Shown in pieces: positions 13,385 through 25,802 of a stretch of 64,000 nt of DNA. The notes under the pieces are model-generated. The model was given only the letters and a program-made list of their open reading frames with translations. It was not told where the DNA came from and ran no database searches. Source of the DNA: Saprolegnia diclina VS20 (lineage: Eukaryota); assembly GCF_000281045.1 (NCBI RefSeq), contig NW_008246073.1:760213-824212 (forward strand). The letters are read 5' to 3'. The stretch's first letter is position 1, and each line of letters begins with the position of its first letter. The translations under genes and the position numbers were made by a program.

Positions 13385-14030
13385 CTCTCGACCCGTTGCT
13401 AGAGGAGCGCAAAAGCCAAAGTGACCGCTGATTCGCTGATATTGGCAGTTATTTCACACACCATTGGTCATAAGTCACAAGCATGCGGCCAATCGGCGTC
13501 GCCCGAGTGCGATGGGATTAGTGTCGCCACTCCTCGTCGCGCCTCATGACACTATTTGTCGTCACAGCATTTCGCAGGGCATTGATCGTGGGACGTGCTA
13601 TGTTGGCACGACGCGTGCCTGCAGCTTCTTTGCTGTCGTGATTAGCTCCACGCAAGGCGCAGGCTAATGTCGAATGGCCGTCGAAAGCGAGTGCTTACGC
13701 CAAACACAACAGTACACAGTATATGCCGCCACGCATGCGAAACCGCGTTAGTTATCCTTCAAGGCAAGTGGGCGGTCGGGCGTGCGACTGTGAATCAGCC
13801 AAGCTGGAGCGATCCATGACCTCCTGTTGCATACCGTAATAATACCACACGTTGAGCACGCATCTCTGCCTGCGGCCTCAAGACAACTGGACGTCACGAC
13901 CCTACGTTGTCTATCGCACACTATTTCAAGGAGACGCTATTTCATCGTCGAGCCACCCCTTTTTGTCAACATTCGCGATTTGAGGCGAAAGACCGAGAGC
14001 GCAGGCAGATCGCAAAAGGACAAGCTGACG

Positions 14031-14889
14031 ATGCAACGGATGCTGGCGCTCGGGCAGCGCAGCCGCCGCCACTTGCTGCGAACACGCGCCTTCTCGGCGC
14101 CGGCCTTTGACGAGAACGTCCTCCTCCCGCTCTTTCCGCCGTCGACCCAAGAGGCGATCCAGCATGGCCTCAACACGCAGGGCTTTTGCATCCTCCGCGA
14201 CTTTGCCTCGAGCGCCATTAGCCTCGCGATGCGGGCCGAAGCCGAGAAGCTCTACGCCGAGGGCCACATGTTTCAATCCAACTCGGTCGATGCCAACGGC
14301 AACGCGTACCCCAAGCACAACGTGTTTGCTTCCGAGCTCAACGGCAACGAATGGGACTTGGCGCCAACGATCCTCCACTACACGCGGAGCGTCATGCTCC
14401 AGGCGCCCGAGATGCTCAACACCCTCTTTCCCGGCCTCCAAATGAGCTCGCGCGCGTACGCATCCAAGCTCGCCGTGTCGCTTGGCGACGGCGCCTCCTG
14501 TGCGTCCCAACCCTTCCGAGCCTTTCAGAAGCATCTAACGTCGCCATGTAGATCCCAAGCACTGCGATACGGCGGGCCTTCCCGACAAGCGCAAGGTGAC
14601 CATGGTCTACTACCTCAACCCCAACTGGGCGCCTGGCCACGGTGGTGAGCTGCGTGTCTTTGCGCCCAATGGCACCCACGTGGTCGAGCCGCGGTCGGAC
14701 ACGCTCGCCGTCTTTTGGAGCGACCTCGTGGCGCACGACGTGCTGCCGTGCGAGACGCCGGTCGAGAACATTGCGGCGCGGCGGTACGCGCTCACACTGT
14801 GGCTGGTCACCGACAACCCCAAGCACATCAACGACAAGTCGCACCACTTGTACCCGCTCCGCCAGCACCATTTCCCCGAGGCGGCGTAG
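14031..14889 (+). CDS. 2OG-Fe(II) oxygenase, EGLN/PHD-like prolyl hydroxylase family
   Basis: Removing intron 14500-14551 gives YPKHCD (HxD), RKVTMVYYLNPNW, GGELR, distal His (VAHDVLP) and RYALTLW. Confidence 0.85.
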
Positions 14890-14984
14890 GCATAAGAAGA
14901 GGAGATACAGCACACACAAAATGCATGCTTGTTTGGTGATTGAAGACGACGCGACCGTCACGATGGCGCCCATCTCGTTGCTGT

Positions 14985-16290
14985 TTATCTCGTGATCTTG
15001 AACTTCTTGATCTCGGCGAGGAGCTTCTTGGCTTCGCCCTGGCTAAAGTGCTGGCGCACCGGCTCCAAGATCCTGCAACATCAGTCAGATTGCCGTTGGA
15101 CCTGATAGAAGAGATGGGACGTACTGGTTGAGGTAGTCGGTCAACGTCGGCTTCAAGTCCCCCGGGTGGATGGCCTCGGCCGCGTAGTCGGCCGCCAACT
15201 CTTCGTACGTGAGGTACGTCCTAGACACGAGAAGAATGAGATGCCAAGACAGGGATGTCGTCGTCGCGTACTTGTCGCCGCCAAAGTCTTCCTTGCGCTT
15301 GACCGTGACACCCGTCGTGAAGAGCGGGAAGATGATGTGCTTCATGTAGTCCATGATCGGGTTGTCGTTGACCTGGCCGGGCGGGCAGTACGCCTTCTTG
15401 ATCTTGCGGCTCACGTCCGACGCCGTGTCTTCCATAAAGATGGCCGAGTCCGGGTCACTCTTGGACATCTTCTCCTGGCCCTGCTTGAGGCCCATGAGCA
15501 TGTGGTGGCTGATGATGACCGGCTTGTGCTTGATCTTGACTTCGTCGCAGTACTCGCGGGCCAACATGTTGACCTTGCGCTGGTCCAAGCCGAGCTGGCA
15601 AATATCCGCCTTGAGGAAGAAGACGTCCGCGCACTGCATGCACGGGTACATGAGCTGCGCCGCGCTCATGTCATCGGCCTCCTTGCGGCCCATGATCGTG
15701 CAGCAGCGCTGGATGCGCGCAATGTTGAAGCGGCGCGCCACGTCAATGACGCGCGTCCAGTACTCGTCCGCATGGGCGTTGATCTCGTCCGAGGCCCAGA
15801 GAAACTGGACGTTGTCCATGTTCATGCCGGCGGCCTTCCAGATCTCAATCATGTACTGGCCGACCTTGCGGATCTTCTTGAGGTCACCGCCCATCTTGTT
15901 GTTGAGGAGCGCAAACCAATCGGCGACCCAGAAGCGGAAGATGCAACCGGCGCTCGTGAGGCGGTTGACGTTGATGACACGGAGGATACCCTGGGCGATG
16001 TGCATGCGGCCCGAGGGCTCAAAGCCGTCGTAACAGATCGGGTGGTCCTTCTTCTCGAGGAGGAGCTTGAGCTCTTCGTCCTTGATGCACTCCTCGCCGA
16101 CGCTGCGGCAGATTTCGAAGCGCTCGTCGAGGCTCAGCGTGCTCTTCTTCCACTCGCGGACTTCGCCGAGCTTGGACTCGTAGACGCGGGGCGCGGGCGC
16201 GGCCTTGGCCACCGTGGCCTTGGCCTCCTCGACCTTGGCCTTCGCTTCCAGCTGCACCTGGACCTGCTCGACGCTCGTGACTTCAGCCAT
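14985..16290 (-). CDS. YARS: Tyrosyl-tRNA synthetase, cytosolic (archaeal/eukaryotic type)
   Basis: YDGFEPSGRMHIAQG (HIGH-like), YPCMQCAD, LGLDQRKVN, KMSKS, HPGDLK; two 3' introns. Confidence 0.95.
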
Positions 16291-17123
16291 TCTTATCCAA
16301 CAATGACCGCAAACGCCCTGGAGAATTTTCACACCCAAATGCAACTTGGCAACCGGATGGATTCCGGATACGCGGCTGCTCACTTTCGAGGAAGGGACTT
16401 GTGGCTCTGCGACGCCACGCCCGAGGGATGGTATATATCAGAGCGACGGGCCATTCTGGGCGTGCACGGAGCAACTGCGCGTCGTGGCGCCGTCGCTGCC
16501 CCGGTGCCACGGCGTATGGACCGCACGCTTTCTCCTTGGGCGGGCCGCGACTTTGGCGCCATGTGATTCGCTGCTGAAACTGGATTTCCAGCATTTTGGC
16601 GAATCCGGAGCTGTCCATCGGCTTCCATTGATTCCTCCGCCGGGTGATGACGGTGGGCGACAAGCACGGCGTAAGCTGCCTATCGCATGAAGCCGAAGAT
16701 TCCAAGGAGGCTACATGGGCCGGAACAATCCCAGCGCGTACACATCCAGCGGCCGTGCGTCTAGTCGGTGTGGAACGAGCTTGTGGACCGGATGCGAGCG
16801 TCTTGGTTGTCACGCCCGATTGGTGCATACAAAATAGCATTTTGGCCAATCCCGTGCCACGTAGCTGCCGAGCGCGACATATTCGTTTGTACCAGCGACC
16901 AGCAGCGCTGACGAGTGCACGACGCCTCGACAGTACGGTGTGCAGGAAGCTTACAGCTCTGCCTCGTGGGAACACCGTCGGCACGCAGTCTATAGGTCCT
17001 TGGTGCGTTTCTGTGGGGATTGTAATTACGGATGTTTGATTGGGTCGTAAATCGGTTATTTTCCCCAATGAAAAGTCGCCTTGGACGACCACAGACTACT
17101 TTTGGGCTACTGCCGACGACGAT

Positions 17124-19139
17124 ATGGCCGACTACTCTGGCATCAGTCGACTGCGCCGCTTGTCCGAGCTCTTGGAGCACGACGATGGCGAGAGCGATGG
17201 CGAGAACCATGCGTTACCCGTGTCGGCTGTCGGCGTGTGCATTGGCGCTGCAGAGGACGAGACCATGGACGACGACGACGATGTGAACGTCGACACGACC
17301 GTGTGCATCGAGTGTCGCCACCAGCGGTCCGAGGTGTTTTGCGAGCAGTGCCATGACCACTTTTGCCGCCTCTGCTACGGCGGCCAGCACCGCAAGGGCA
17401 ACCGGAAAACACACACGTACCAGCCCATTTTGCAGCCGACGGACGACGCCCGTGACGAGAAGGTACGGCAACAACGTCACGTCGTCGCCGCTCATGCGCA
17501 TCCTTAGGTCCAGCTTGTTGCGCCAACGGTGCCACTGCCATCGACGTCGTCGAGCCGACTTTACGAAGGTGATGCCGATTCCTCCGACGACAGTGATGAC
17601 AGCGGCAACTCGAGGCCCTCCCGCTTCCGCGGCTCGTCGTCGTCGCGCAATATCTGTACCTTGATGGGCTCATTGCTCTTAGGCGGACTGTCTTCGAAAC
17701 AGCTCCCGTCGTCGTCGGTACCGGCGGCCCCAAACGCGACCATGCGCGACCGCGCACGGTACATCCCCGTGCGCCTCACGTACGAAGAACGCAAGCGCCT
17801 CCGGACGCTCGAGGCCGCGCTCAGCGTGTGCCACTACACGGACAAGATCGACACGCTGCTGGCGATGAACCCGTCGAAGCGCACGCGCCTCCAGCTGCAG
17901 GAAATCGCGGGCTTCCTCAGCGGTCTCGTCGTCTCGATGGACTACAAGGCCGGCCAGACGCTCCTCGACGAAAAGCAGTTTGAGCCGCTCGAAGGGTTTT
18001 TTGGCGATCTCTTTGAGCTCGGCCGACGCTACAAGATCATGAACCCCGAGAAGATGCGCGGCGAGTACGGCGCGCTCATGTACCTCCTGCAAGACGCCGT
18101 GTCGCCGGCGATCCACGACCTCCTCGGCTTCTCGCCCGTCAAGCCGCTCAAAACCGTCTACGCCGTGCTCGAGGCGCATGGCGTGCTCGGGATTCTCGAC
18201 CACCCGCTCATTGAGACCGCGACGATGGTCGTGGCGCCCGAAGGCAAGTCGCGCGCCAAGATCCAGCAGCAGATCAAGGCCAAGGACGCCGCCATCAAGG
18301 AGATCACGCGGTCGTTCTACTCGTCGAGCGTCTCGGCCGACGAGATCCAGCAGTGCCTCTACTCGATCGCGGACAACAACTACCACCTCTACTTTGAGCG
18401 CGACCCGATCGACCGCATGATTACGCTCCTCTCGACGCACTTTCCGATCGAAGATACCAAAGTCGACGCCAAGTACTCGCTCGCGATCGTCTCGGGCAGC
18501 GACGGCGCGCGCCTCTCGCACTCGCATGCGCGGCAGTACCACTACGTCCTCCAGTCGCTGACGCTATGGCGCGAGATCGCCCACGACATGTTCCGGCTGT
18601 GGTGCCTCACGGACGACGACCTGCTCACGGCCAAGTCGCCGTACCAGCTCACAGACACGGGCCAGGGCCTCCACCGCATCCAGGCGTCGCCGTTGGTCTC
18701 GCGCGCCATGCACGTGCTACTGCACACGACGCAGGAGCGCTTGGAGCACTGGGTCGGCTCGAGCGTCATCCACCTCGGCGACAAGAACGTGCCAAATGCG
18801 CTCATGTTTATCGACAAGTACGCGCAGGTGGGGCACATTCTGCGGCCGATCGTCAAGACGATCGATGCGATCGACGAGCTCGCGGCCAAGTCGAAGGAGC
18901 TGCACACGTACATTGCGACGACGTTTGGCGGGCCCGAGACGCTCAAGAAGGACATCCTCGTCGACTTTTTCCGCGAGGCGTTTGACGGCAGCGGCGCCGA
19001 CAATTTCTTTGACGCTGGCTCGTGCATTGACGGCCGCCTCACGAGCGCCTGGAACTGGTGCTCGCGCCTCCACGCGAAGAAGTTCTTCCCCGTCTTCAAG
19101 CTCGCGGGCTTTGTCGGCTTTGACGGCAAGTTTGGCTAA
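17124..19139 (+). CDS. B-box zinc finger plus DUF2009/UPF0652 protein
   Basis: B-box CIEC..FCEQCHDHFCRLC..QH..H; after an intron, IPVRLTYEERK, IMNPEKMR, HLGDKNVPNALMFIDKY, FDGSGADNFFDAGSCIDGRLTSAWNWC. Confidence 0.85.
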
Positions 19140-19419
19140 GCATCCAGTCGCACTAGAGAGAGGATAAAGCAACTAGGATACGACCATGCAACACTATGTG
19201 TTGACATTTGTTCCTCCGAGGTGGATACCTCCAGCGATTTTCTTCCGCTAGTCCTGTCGAGCTGCCTTTGCGTCATCGGTGACGCAGCAGGTGGTTGTGA
19301 GCCTTAGGTGGTGATTCCTGGGCACGAACGCTAGTATAACACGGTGCGTCGCTCGCTGCCGGATATGTACCAGTAAGCCGTAGCACCGAGAGTCTGCTAT
19401 GTATATTAGCAAAAGGTAC

Positions 19420-20860
19420 TTAGTGCGCGCGGTCGTCGATGTGCAGATGCTTGAGACCGGTCACCTTTTCGACACCGCTAATGTGTGCGCAGAGATCTTC
19501 GACTGCGTCGGGAGGTGGCGCCAACCGGCGTTTCCAGACCTGTGGCTCGAGTGCCTGCAGCACGTCAGCGTCGGTGGGCAACGTCGCGTCGTCCAAATAC
19601 AGACGCAAGTCGTCGGCGATCGTGATCCACGCCCCCATGGCATCTTCGATAAACGCCTATCAAGACGTGTCCATGGCAGTCTCGATATGAGGTGGCACCA
19701 AGTACGCAGCGTCCTTCTCGACGCTCTTGAGATGCTTCCAGCGCGGAAAGTACGTGCCAAGAATCTACGGATCGTCGTTGTCTACAGATGCAACATCGAC
19801 CGTCTGAGCGTATTACGTCCCACACGACTTGGAGTTTTTCGGGGGTTGGCAGCTTGTGGAACGCGCGCTTGGCATCATACGCCTGCCGGTCGTGGGCGCG
19901 GAGGAGCTCGAGTGCGATAGGAAGACCGCCCAGCGTCACATGTGTGCGGTACCTAGCGTCTATGATGGAGGTTGACGCAGCGAGATGGGTCGCACCGGCT
20001 CGCCATGGTGGCCGCAATCTTGACGAGCTTGGCGTACTGCAAGTGGGACGTTCGCGTGTCCGACACGACTTGCACGAGCGGCCCGGCTTCCGACGCGTCG
20101 TACATCTAGTAGCATACTACTGTGTGAGTCGCCTACCATCAGCGTTATGGCGCTCCAGACCCATAACGGCCAGAGCGTGCGCAAGGTATCCACAAGGCGG
20201 TGCACCTACGTTCTTATTTGACACGATCCACCTCGGAATGGGATCTTTACGCGAGGCTCGTCGTCGTAGTCAAACCCGAGGACGTCGTGGACGAGCACGA
20301 CGTCGTCCATGAGCACTTGAATCGACGGAAGCTTGCAGCATTCGTGGGCAAACTGGCCTACTCAAACCTGCTGACGACAACCAAGAAGAGCGTTGTCGGA
20401 CCTCGAAAGTTAGGCACGTTCTCGCGCAGACCCATGCTCAAGAGGAAGAGCACGACCTCGACGTGGCCGAGGCGCACGGCCACGTGCAGAAGCGTATCAC
20501 CGAGCACAATGCGTCCGTCTTCGACTGCGGCAAAGAAGAGTTGCTTTTCGTCCAAGTGTTTCTCAAGCTTGGCCTCGTGGCGTCGCGAGTCGTGGATGCT
20601 CTCGATGCGGCCTTCGATGCGATTGCTCACGTCAATGTACGCCGCGCGAGAGATCTAAACCATGCTCGTACAAGCACGAGAGTCCATGGTACGACCTGAA
20701 AGGCCATCGAAGCCTCGTAAAAATGCGTCTCGAGCTTGGCGACGTTGCCGTGAAACGTGTGCTTGACCTGATACGTATGAGGAAACAGTGCGTATGCACT
20801 TGGTACCATTTTGCGAAAGTGGACGACCTCGGTCGCATCAGCGCTCAGGTTTTGGCCCAT
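19420..20860 (-). CDS. Ankyrin-repeat protein with possible N-myristoylation site; 3' end approximate
   Basis: Start MGQNLS (MGxxxS); ankyrin motif GDTLLHVAVRLGHVEVVLFLLSMG; several short introns. Confidence 0.6.
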
Positions 20861-20937
20861 CCGCTCGCAATGCCCTGGATCTTGCACTCCACTTTGAAAC
20901 GCAGCGACGCGTCGGTTATGCCTCGTGGTGTAGTCCC

Positions 20938-21900
20938 ATGTCGGCGATCGCGTCCAAAGTCGAGGCCTTGATTGAGATTGCACTTACAAATGACGTGGCA
21001 ATGCTGGATGCCTTTCTCGAGTCGCTCGAAAACCGCGACCATGTCGTCAACGGCTACGGTCAGCACGACCGGACGGCCCTTATGCTCGCCAGTGCGTGGC
21101 ACGCCCACCACAGCGTGCACCTCTTGCTGCGGTGCTGCGTCTTTTCTTGCTGCGTGACAGCTCATAACACGAGTGCAGGCGCGGCGCGGACGGCAACCTC
21201 AAGGACCCCGACGGCACCACGGTACGACCGCATGTGCAAAACCATTTCGGATGATGGCTTGCAGGCGTTGCATTTGGCGGCCGAAAACAACGCCAAGCAC
21301 TGCTTGCACCAGCTCGTAAATGCCAACGTGTTACTGGACGAGCAAAACGTGTGGGGCTGGACAGCGCTGCACGTGGCGGCGGCAGAAGGGGCACTCGAGT
21401 GCACAAAAGCGCTGCTGATCGCGGGCGCCCGCACCGACATCGTAGCGCACGAGACAAACGACACGCCGCTCGATGTCGCACTCACGGGTGGCCACGCCGA
21501 GGTTGTTGCGCTTCTTCGGAGCTGGGACCCAGCATGGTCGACGCGGGATACGTCCGCGCCGCGCCAAATGGCCGTCTGGTCGACATCCGAAGTTGCCGAC
21601 TTTCTGCGCTCGCTCTCTCTATCACAGTACCTCCCGGTCTTTGAGCACACCGATGGCCTCCAGCTCCAAGGTACCGTGAGAGCAGAGTACGCTGCACGCA
21701 CAAGTGTGTTTCGACTAGATCTGCACGACGACCTCTTGACGGAAACGTACGGCATGCATCGCCCCGCCCACCGCCTGCGCCTCCTCGAAGCCATTGTCTT
21801 GGAACAACTGCGTCAAATACCATCGACGACACCTCCCCCAATGGACACGCGGCGGATCCAGCTTCCTCCACTCGAGCCTCGTCAACACAGCAGTGGTTAA
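20938..21900 (+). CDS. Ankyrin-repeat plus SAM-domain protein
   Basis: ALHLAAE, GWTALHVAA and TPLDVA ankyrins, then SAM-like WSTSEVADFLRSLSLSQY..HRLRLLEAI. Confidence 0.8.
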   Translation: MSAIASKVEALIEIALTNDVAMLDAFLESLENRDHVVNGYGQHDRTALMLASAWHAHHSVHLLLRCCVFSCCVTAHNTSAGAARTATSRTPTAPRYDRMCKTISDDGLQALHLAAENNAKHCLHQLVNANVLLDEQNVWGWTALHVAAAEGALECTKALLIAGARTDIVAHETNDTPLDVALTGGHAEVVALLRSWDPAWSTRDTSAPRQMAVWSTSEVADFLRSLSLSQYLPVFEHTDGLQLQGTVRAEYAARTSVFRLDLHDDLLTETYGMHRPAHRLRLLEAIVLEQLRQIPSTTPPPMDTRRIQLPPLEPRQHSSG

Positions 21901-21955
21901 GGACGGAATCCATTTGTTATATAATGCCATAAGAAATGTAGAAGAGACAAAGCGT

Positions 21956-22879
21956 TTAGGGGCTCGACGCGCCCGCAAAGACGTCGGCGAATTGATCCTC
22001 GGGCATCACGTTGAGCTCGTTGCGGCTCGCGCGCGAGTCCTGCGCAAGCTTGCGCGTGACGTACCGGTCGCGCTTGTCCAAGTGCGCGTTCTTGCGCACC
22101 TCGTTGGGGGCGACGTAGTGCGGGTTCTGGTACAAGGTGACGCCACCAAAGCTGCCGTCAAAGATGCGGATGGGCGAGAGCACAAAGCGGGGGCCAATCT
22201 CGACGAGGTTCGTGAGCTCCTCGCCGCGGTGGACGGCAGCCTGCTCGAGCTTCTTCGTGTCGGCTTCGTCCGCGAGCTGGTAGTTGCGGCACCAGATCTT
22301 GTTGTCGGCGTAGTAGAAGCTCATGACACGGTCAATGAACGGCTTGGACTTGGGGTGGCCCTTGGGCGTGCCCCACACCTGGATGAACATGTTCTTGAGG
22401 AGCTTGAGGTGGGCGACGTCGTCAAAGGCGGCATCGAACGTCAGGAGCGGGCGCGACCCAATGAGCGCGTTGCCCGTCATCTTGAGCTCGTCCATCGTGT
22501 GCACGTTCTGGACGAGGAACTTGGCGGACGGACCCGTCGGCGTGCGGCTCACCCACATGTAGAGGTCCTGGCGCTTGCGCGCTTCGAGGAAGATGGTCGT
22601 GTTGCAGCCCTTGATCTCGGCGATCTCGTTGACGACGTGGAGCGTGTCCTTGGCATCGAGCTTGACGTCCTTCTTGTGGTGCGGCAAAAGCTTGCGGAGG
22701 TCGTCGAGGAAGTGGCGGTACCGGGTCGTGATGCCACGCGACGCAAAGACGAGCACGCGCTGCTTGTTGATGTAGCTCGACTTGGGCTTGGTCACGTCCA
22801 TCTGCGCCAGCTCCTTCTTGAGCTCTTCGGCCTTGGTCGTCTCCGACTCGATCGCAGCAGCCTTGCGCTTCGGGGCCAT
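21956..22879 (-). CDS. BRX1: Ribosome biogenesis protein BRX1 (Brix domain)
   Basis: NKQRVLVFASRGI, HTMDELKMTGN, SRPLLTFD, KSKPFIDRV, LVEIGPRFVL..IFDGSFGG. Confidence 0.95.
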   Translation of the reverse strand: MAPKRKAAAIESETTKAEELKKELAQMDVTKPKSSYINKQRVLVFASRGITTRYRHFLDDLRKLLPHHKKDVKLDAKDTLHVVNEIAEIKGCNTTIFLEARKRQDLYMWVSRTPTGPSAKFLVQNVHTMDELKMTGNALIGSRPLLTFDAAFDDVAHLKLLKNMFIQVWGTPKGHPKSKPFIDRVMSFYYADNKIWCRNYQLADEADTKKLEQAAVHRGEELTNLVEIGPRFVLSPIRIFDGSFGGVTLYQNPHYVAPNEVRKNAHLDKRDRYVTRKLAQDSRASRNELNVMPEDQFADVFAGASSP

Positions 22880-24411
22880 CGTTGCAGTTAGCGAAATTGA
22901 CACACGCAGCTTTTTACTGGTGGCGATTTCGCCTCCACCAATGGCTCAGCCAAATACGCGTCTCCCATTGGCTAAAAAAAGCCAATCCCGTCACGTCATT
23001 TCCAATCTATTGCACGCTCGCTCAAGTGCGCTTTGGCGGGAGCGTACTTCAAAGGAATCAATCTCGACATCGCATGGGACGTGGACGGGTCGGGACAGGG
23101 CAACCACATAGGCAAGCGGACGCACGACTGGGTATGGCCTCCATGGCGTTGTGGCCGACAAAGATATGGCATTGAAGCGAGGAGACGCATGGTCAGCGCG
23201 CGCCGACCTCTTTGATGACGGACTCTTGTCCAACCTACTAAGGTATTGACTGCGTTCAGTGTGGGCGTGACCGTGTCACAGGTAGCCGTGAAATCGAACG
23301 CATAGTCGAACACATAGTTGCCCCAATCTCCAACTCTCGGCTCGGGATGCTTTTGGAACTGGAGGTCCACAAAATGTCAACCTCGGAAGGTGTGCTGGAA
23401 AGGCTTCCCGTAGACACGCGGAGAAGGATTGCTACCCCCTTCGATCATGTTCGAGAAGTCGTGTGGCTCTTCCACTTTGCCGTTGTTCGTGACCTTCATT
23501 TGGGAGGCGCCGACGTCGTCCAGAAACCAGAATCCGAGAAATATCCCCTGGGCGTGCAATCTTTCGCGTGAACAGTGGCCGCAGTAGCCGCTGCTGTCGC
23601 CGCTGCGTCTCAGATTCCAAGATGCGGTGGCGCATCTGAGCAACCAAATCGATCGGCCATGCATGTTTTTATGCCTCTGAAGCTGGGTCACTTCGTCACA
23701 GGCATGGATTTCGCAGACCAGTCAAGGCCAGAGGATGGTGCCAGTGTGCCAGCGCCACGTCATGCTCTAGACACGTTCGAGGGGTGCAAACGTGGGTGCA
23801 AAGTGGGCCGAATGCTTGTATGGCCAAGCCCCGTTGCGACCTTCCTACTAGACGTACGCGCTTGCCAAGTAGCTCGCCACGTCCGGCGCAAGAAGCAGAG
23901 ACCGCCATCGCGAGTAGCGCGGGAAGATCGCCAGCGGTTCGCCCACCAATGACGCCGAACAACCTTCGGCGATCTTGCGCGCGCCTGAACTTCAAGGTCG
24001 TGTGAGTGTGTCAACGGCAGGCGGCCTTGCGATTGGTCAAATCACCTCGCATGTGGGTTTCATTGGTCAAAAAGCGCGGCCGGTTACTCGTGAGAAATCG
24101 GGTTGAGATCCTTGAACCACATGCCCTCAAAAATACGTCCGATCATTTGATTGGATAAAAGGCCTGACGGTTTCGGTTCAAGCGCATTCATTGGGCAATA
24201 TTCAACCAATCGAGAAGTGTGAATGTCGAGTATAATCAATGCAAGTGCGTTCGAGTCGTTGGGTGGAACCAAGATGGATTCGGCAGTACACCATCATTGC
24301 GCCATCAGCTGTCTACCTCGAACACGACCACCCTTGCCTGCTCGTGCATGCAGCAAGCCCGGACGACGACGACGACGCGACAGAGATACCAGCGCTAGAT
24401 ACCACTGCGAG

Positions 24412-25740
24412 ATGACAGGTCCAGCAAAGCGCCCAACCTTGCACAACCAGCTACGGGCCCTCCTCGGGCCCGAGATCACCGAGGCCGAGCTCCACGAGAA
24501 GGTACGACGAGCGATGAGGAGCATGAACTCAGCATCTCCGACTATAGTTTATCTTTGAGAAAGTCATTGGCAGCGGCGCTACCGCCAAGGTCTATGCAGC
24601 GTACGACTATGCGAACGACCGGCGAGTCGCCATCAAGGTCTTTGACAAGGCGCAGATGATCGAGCAGCGCAAGTCGATCGCTGCCGACGGCTACAACTCG
24701 CGCGACACGGCCGTCCAGCGTGCCCGGCGACGGCTAAAGAAGATTGTCGGCGAGCTCGAGATTGCAAAGATCCTCTCGCACGCCAATATCATCGAATACC
24801 TCGGCGGCTACGAGACGTCCCATCGCATCTGCATCATCCACGAACTCGTCGACGGCCACGACCTTTTGCAGCAGATTCTGGACTACTCCAAGATGGACGA
24901 GCGCACAGCGGCGTACGTCTTTGAGCAGCTCCTGCACGCTGTCGCCAACTGCCACAGCCAGAACGTGTGGCACCGCGACCTCAAACTAGAAAAGTACGCT
25001 TCGCAGTTCTATATCTGCAGACGGCTCATGGAAGTGTGTCTAGTGTCCTCATCTCGACGTCGCACCAAGTCAAGCTCATCGACTTTGGCTTGTCCGAGAA
25101 GAGTGCCGACCGCCTCAAGACCGTGTGTGGCACGCCTCTGTACTGCGCGCCCGAGCTCCTCTTCCTCAACAGCAACACGCGCGAGACGGGCGTCGAGGGC
25201 GGTCCCGCCGACGTCTGGAGCGCCGGTGTCCTCCTCTTTGCGCTCGTGACGGGCTGCGCACCTTTCGATGACAGCACGTTTGCTGCGCTGCGCCAAGACG
25301 TGTACCGCAACCAAGTCAAGTACCCGGACTATCTGTCGCCGTCGCTGCAAGAGTTTTTGCGACTCATCTTTGTGTCGGACGTCCGCCGGCGACCAACCAT
25401 CCCGGAGCTCCTCGCCCACAGCTGGCTGCGAGAGAACGTGGCCGCGTACCACGACGAGGCCCGTGGGTTTGTCAAAGGTCCGCGCACCGCGTCGGTCATC
25501 TCGGACGCCGAGACGGTCGAAGAGTCGACAACAAGCTACGAAGAAGAGACGCCAGAAGATTCGAGCTACCGCGACTTGCTCTACGACGAAACTACGGGCA
25601 GCCTCGACGATGAGCTCTATGTGTTGGACGATGCGTTGTCCCCGGTGTCCCACCGCAAGCAAAAGCATTCTCCAACAACTCCCACCAGCTCATCCTCGAC
25701 AACGCGCCCGTCGACGTCGTTCTTTGACCACCTCTTTTAA
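24412..25740 (+). CDS. CAMK/CAMKL-family Ser/Thr protein kinase
   Basis: GSGATAKV, VAIK, HRDLKLEN (spliced), DFG, TVCGTPLYCAPE, DVWSAG; introns ~24502-24548 and ~24994-25043. Confidence 0.9.
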
Positions 25741-25802
25741 CTTAACAATTTAGCCTTTGTGTTGTACGACGAGACAATAATACATAAACGTGTTTAGGGT
25801 TA

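Noticed and set aside
15166..16566. Long antisense ORFs (also 21794-22891, 30751-32043, 33634-35187, 58796-60022)
   Set aside because: Shadow frames opposite well-supported genes, expected from high GC3 codon bias; no motifs
22990..23960. Short minus-strand ORFs that look partly coding
   Set aside because: No coherent spliced model or recognisable domain; may be a degraded gene
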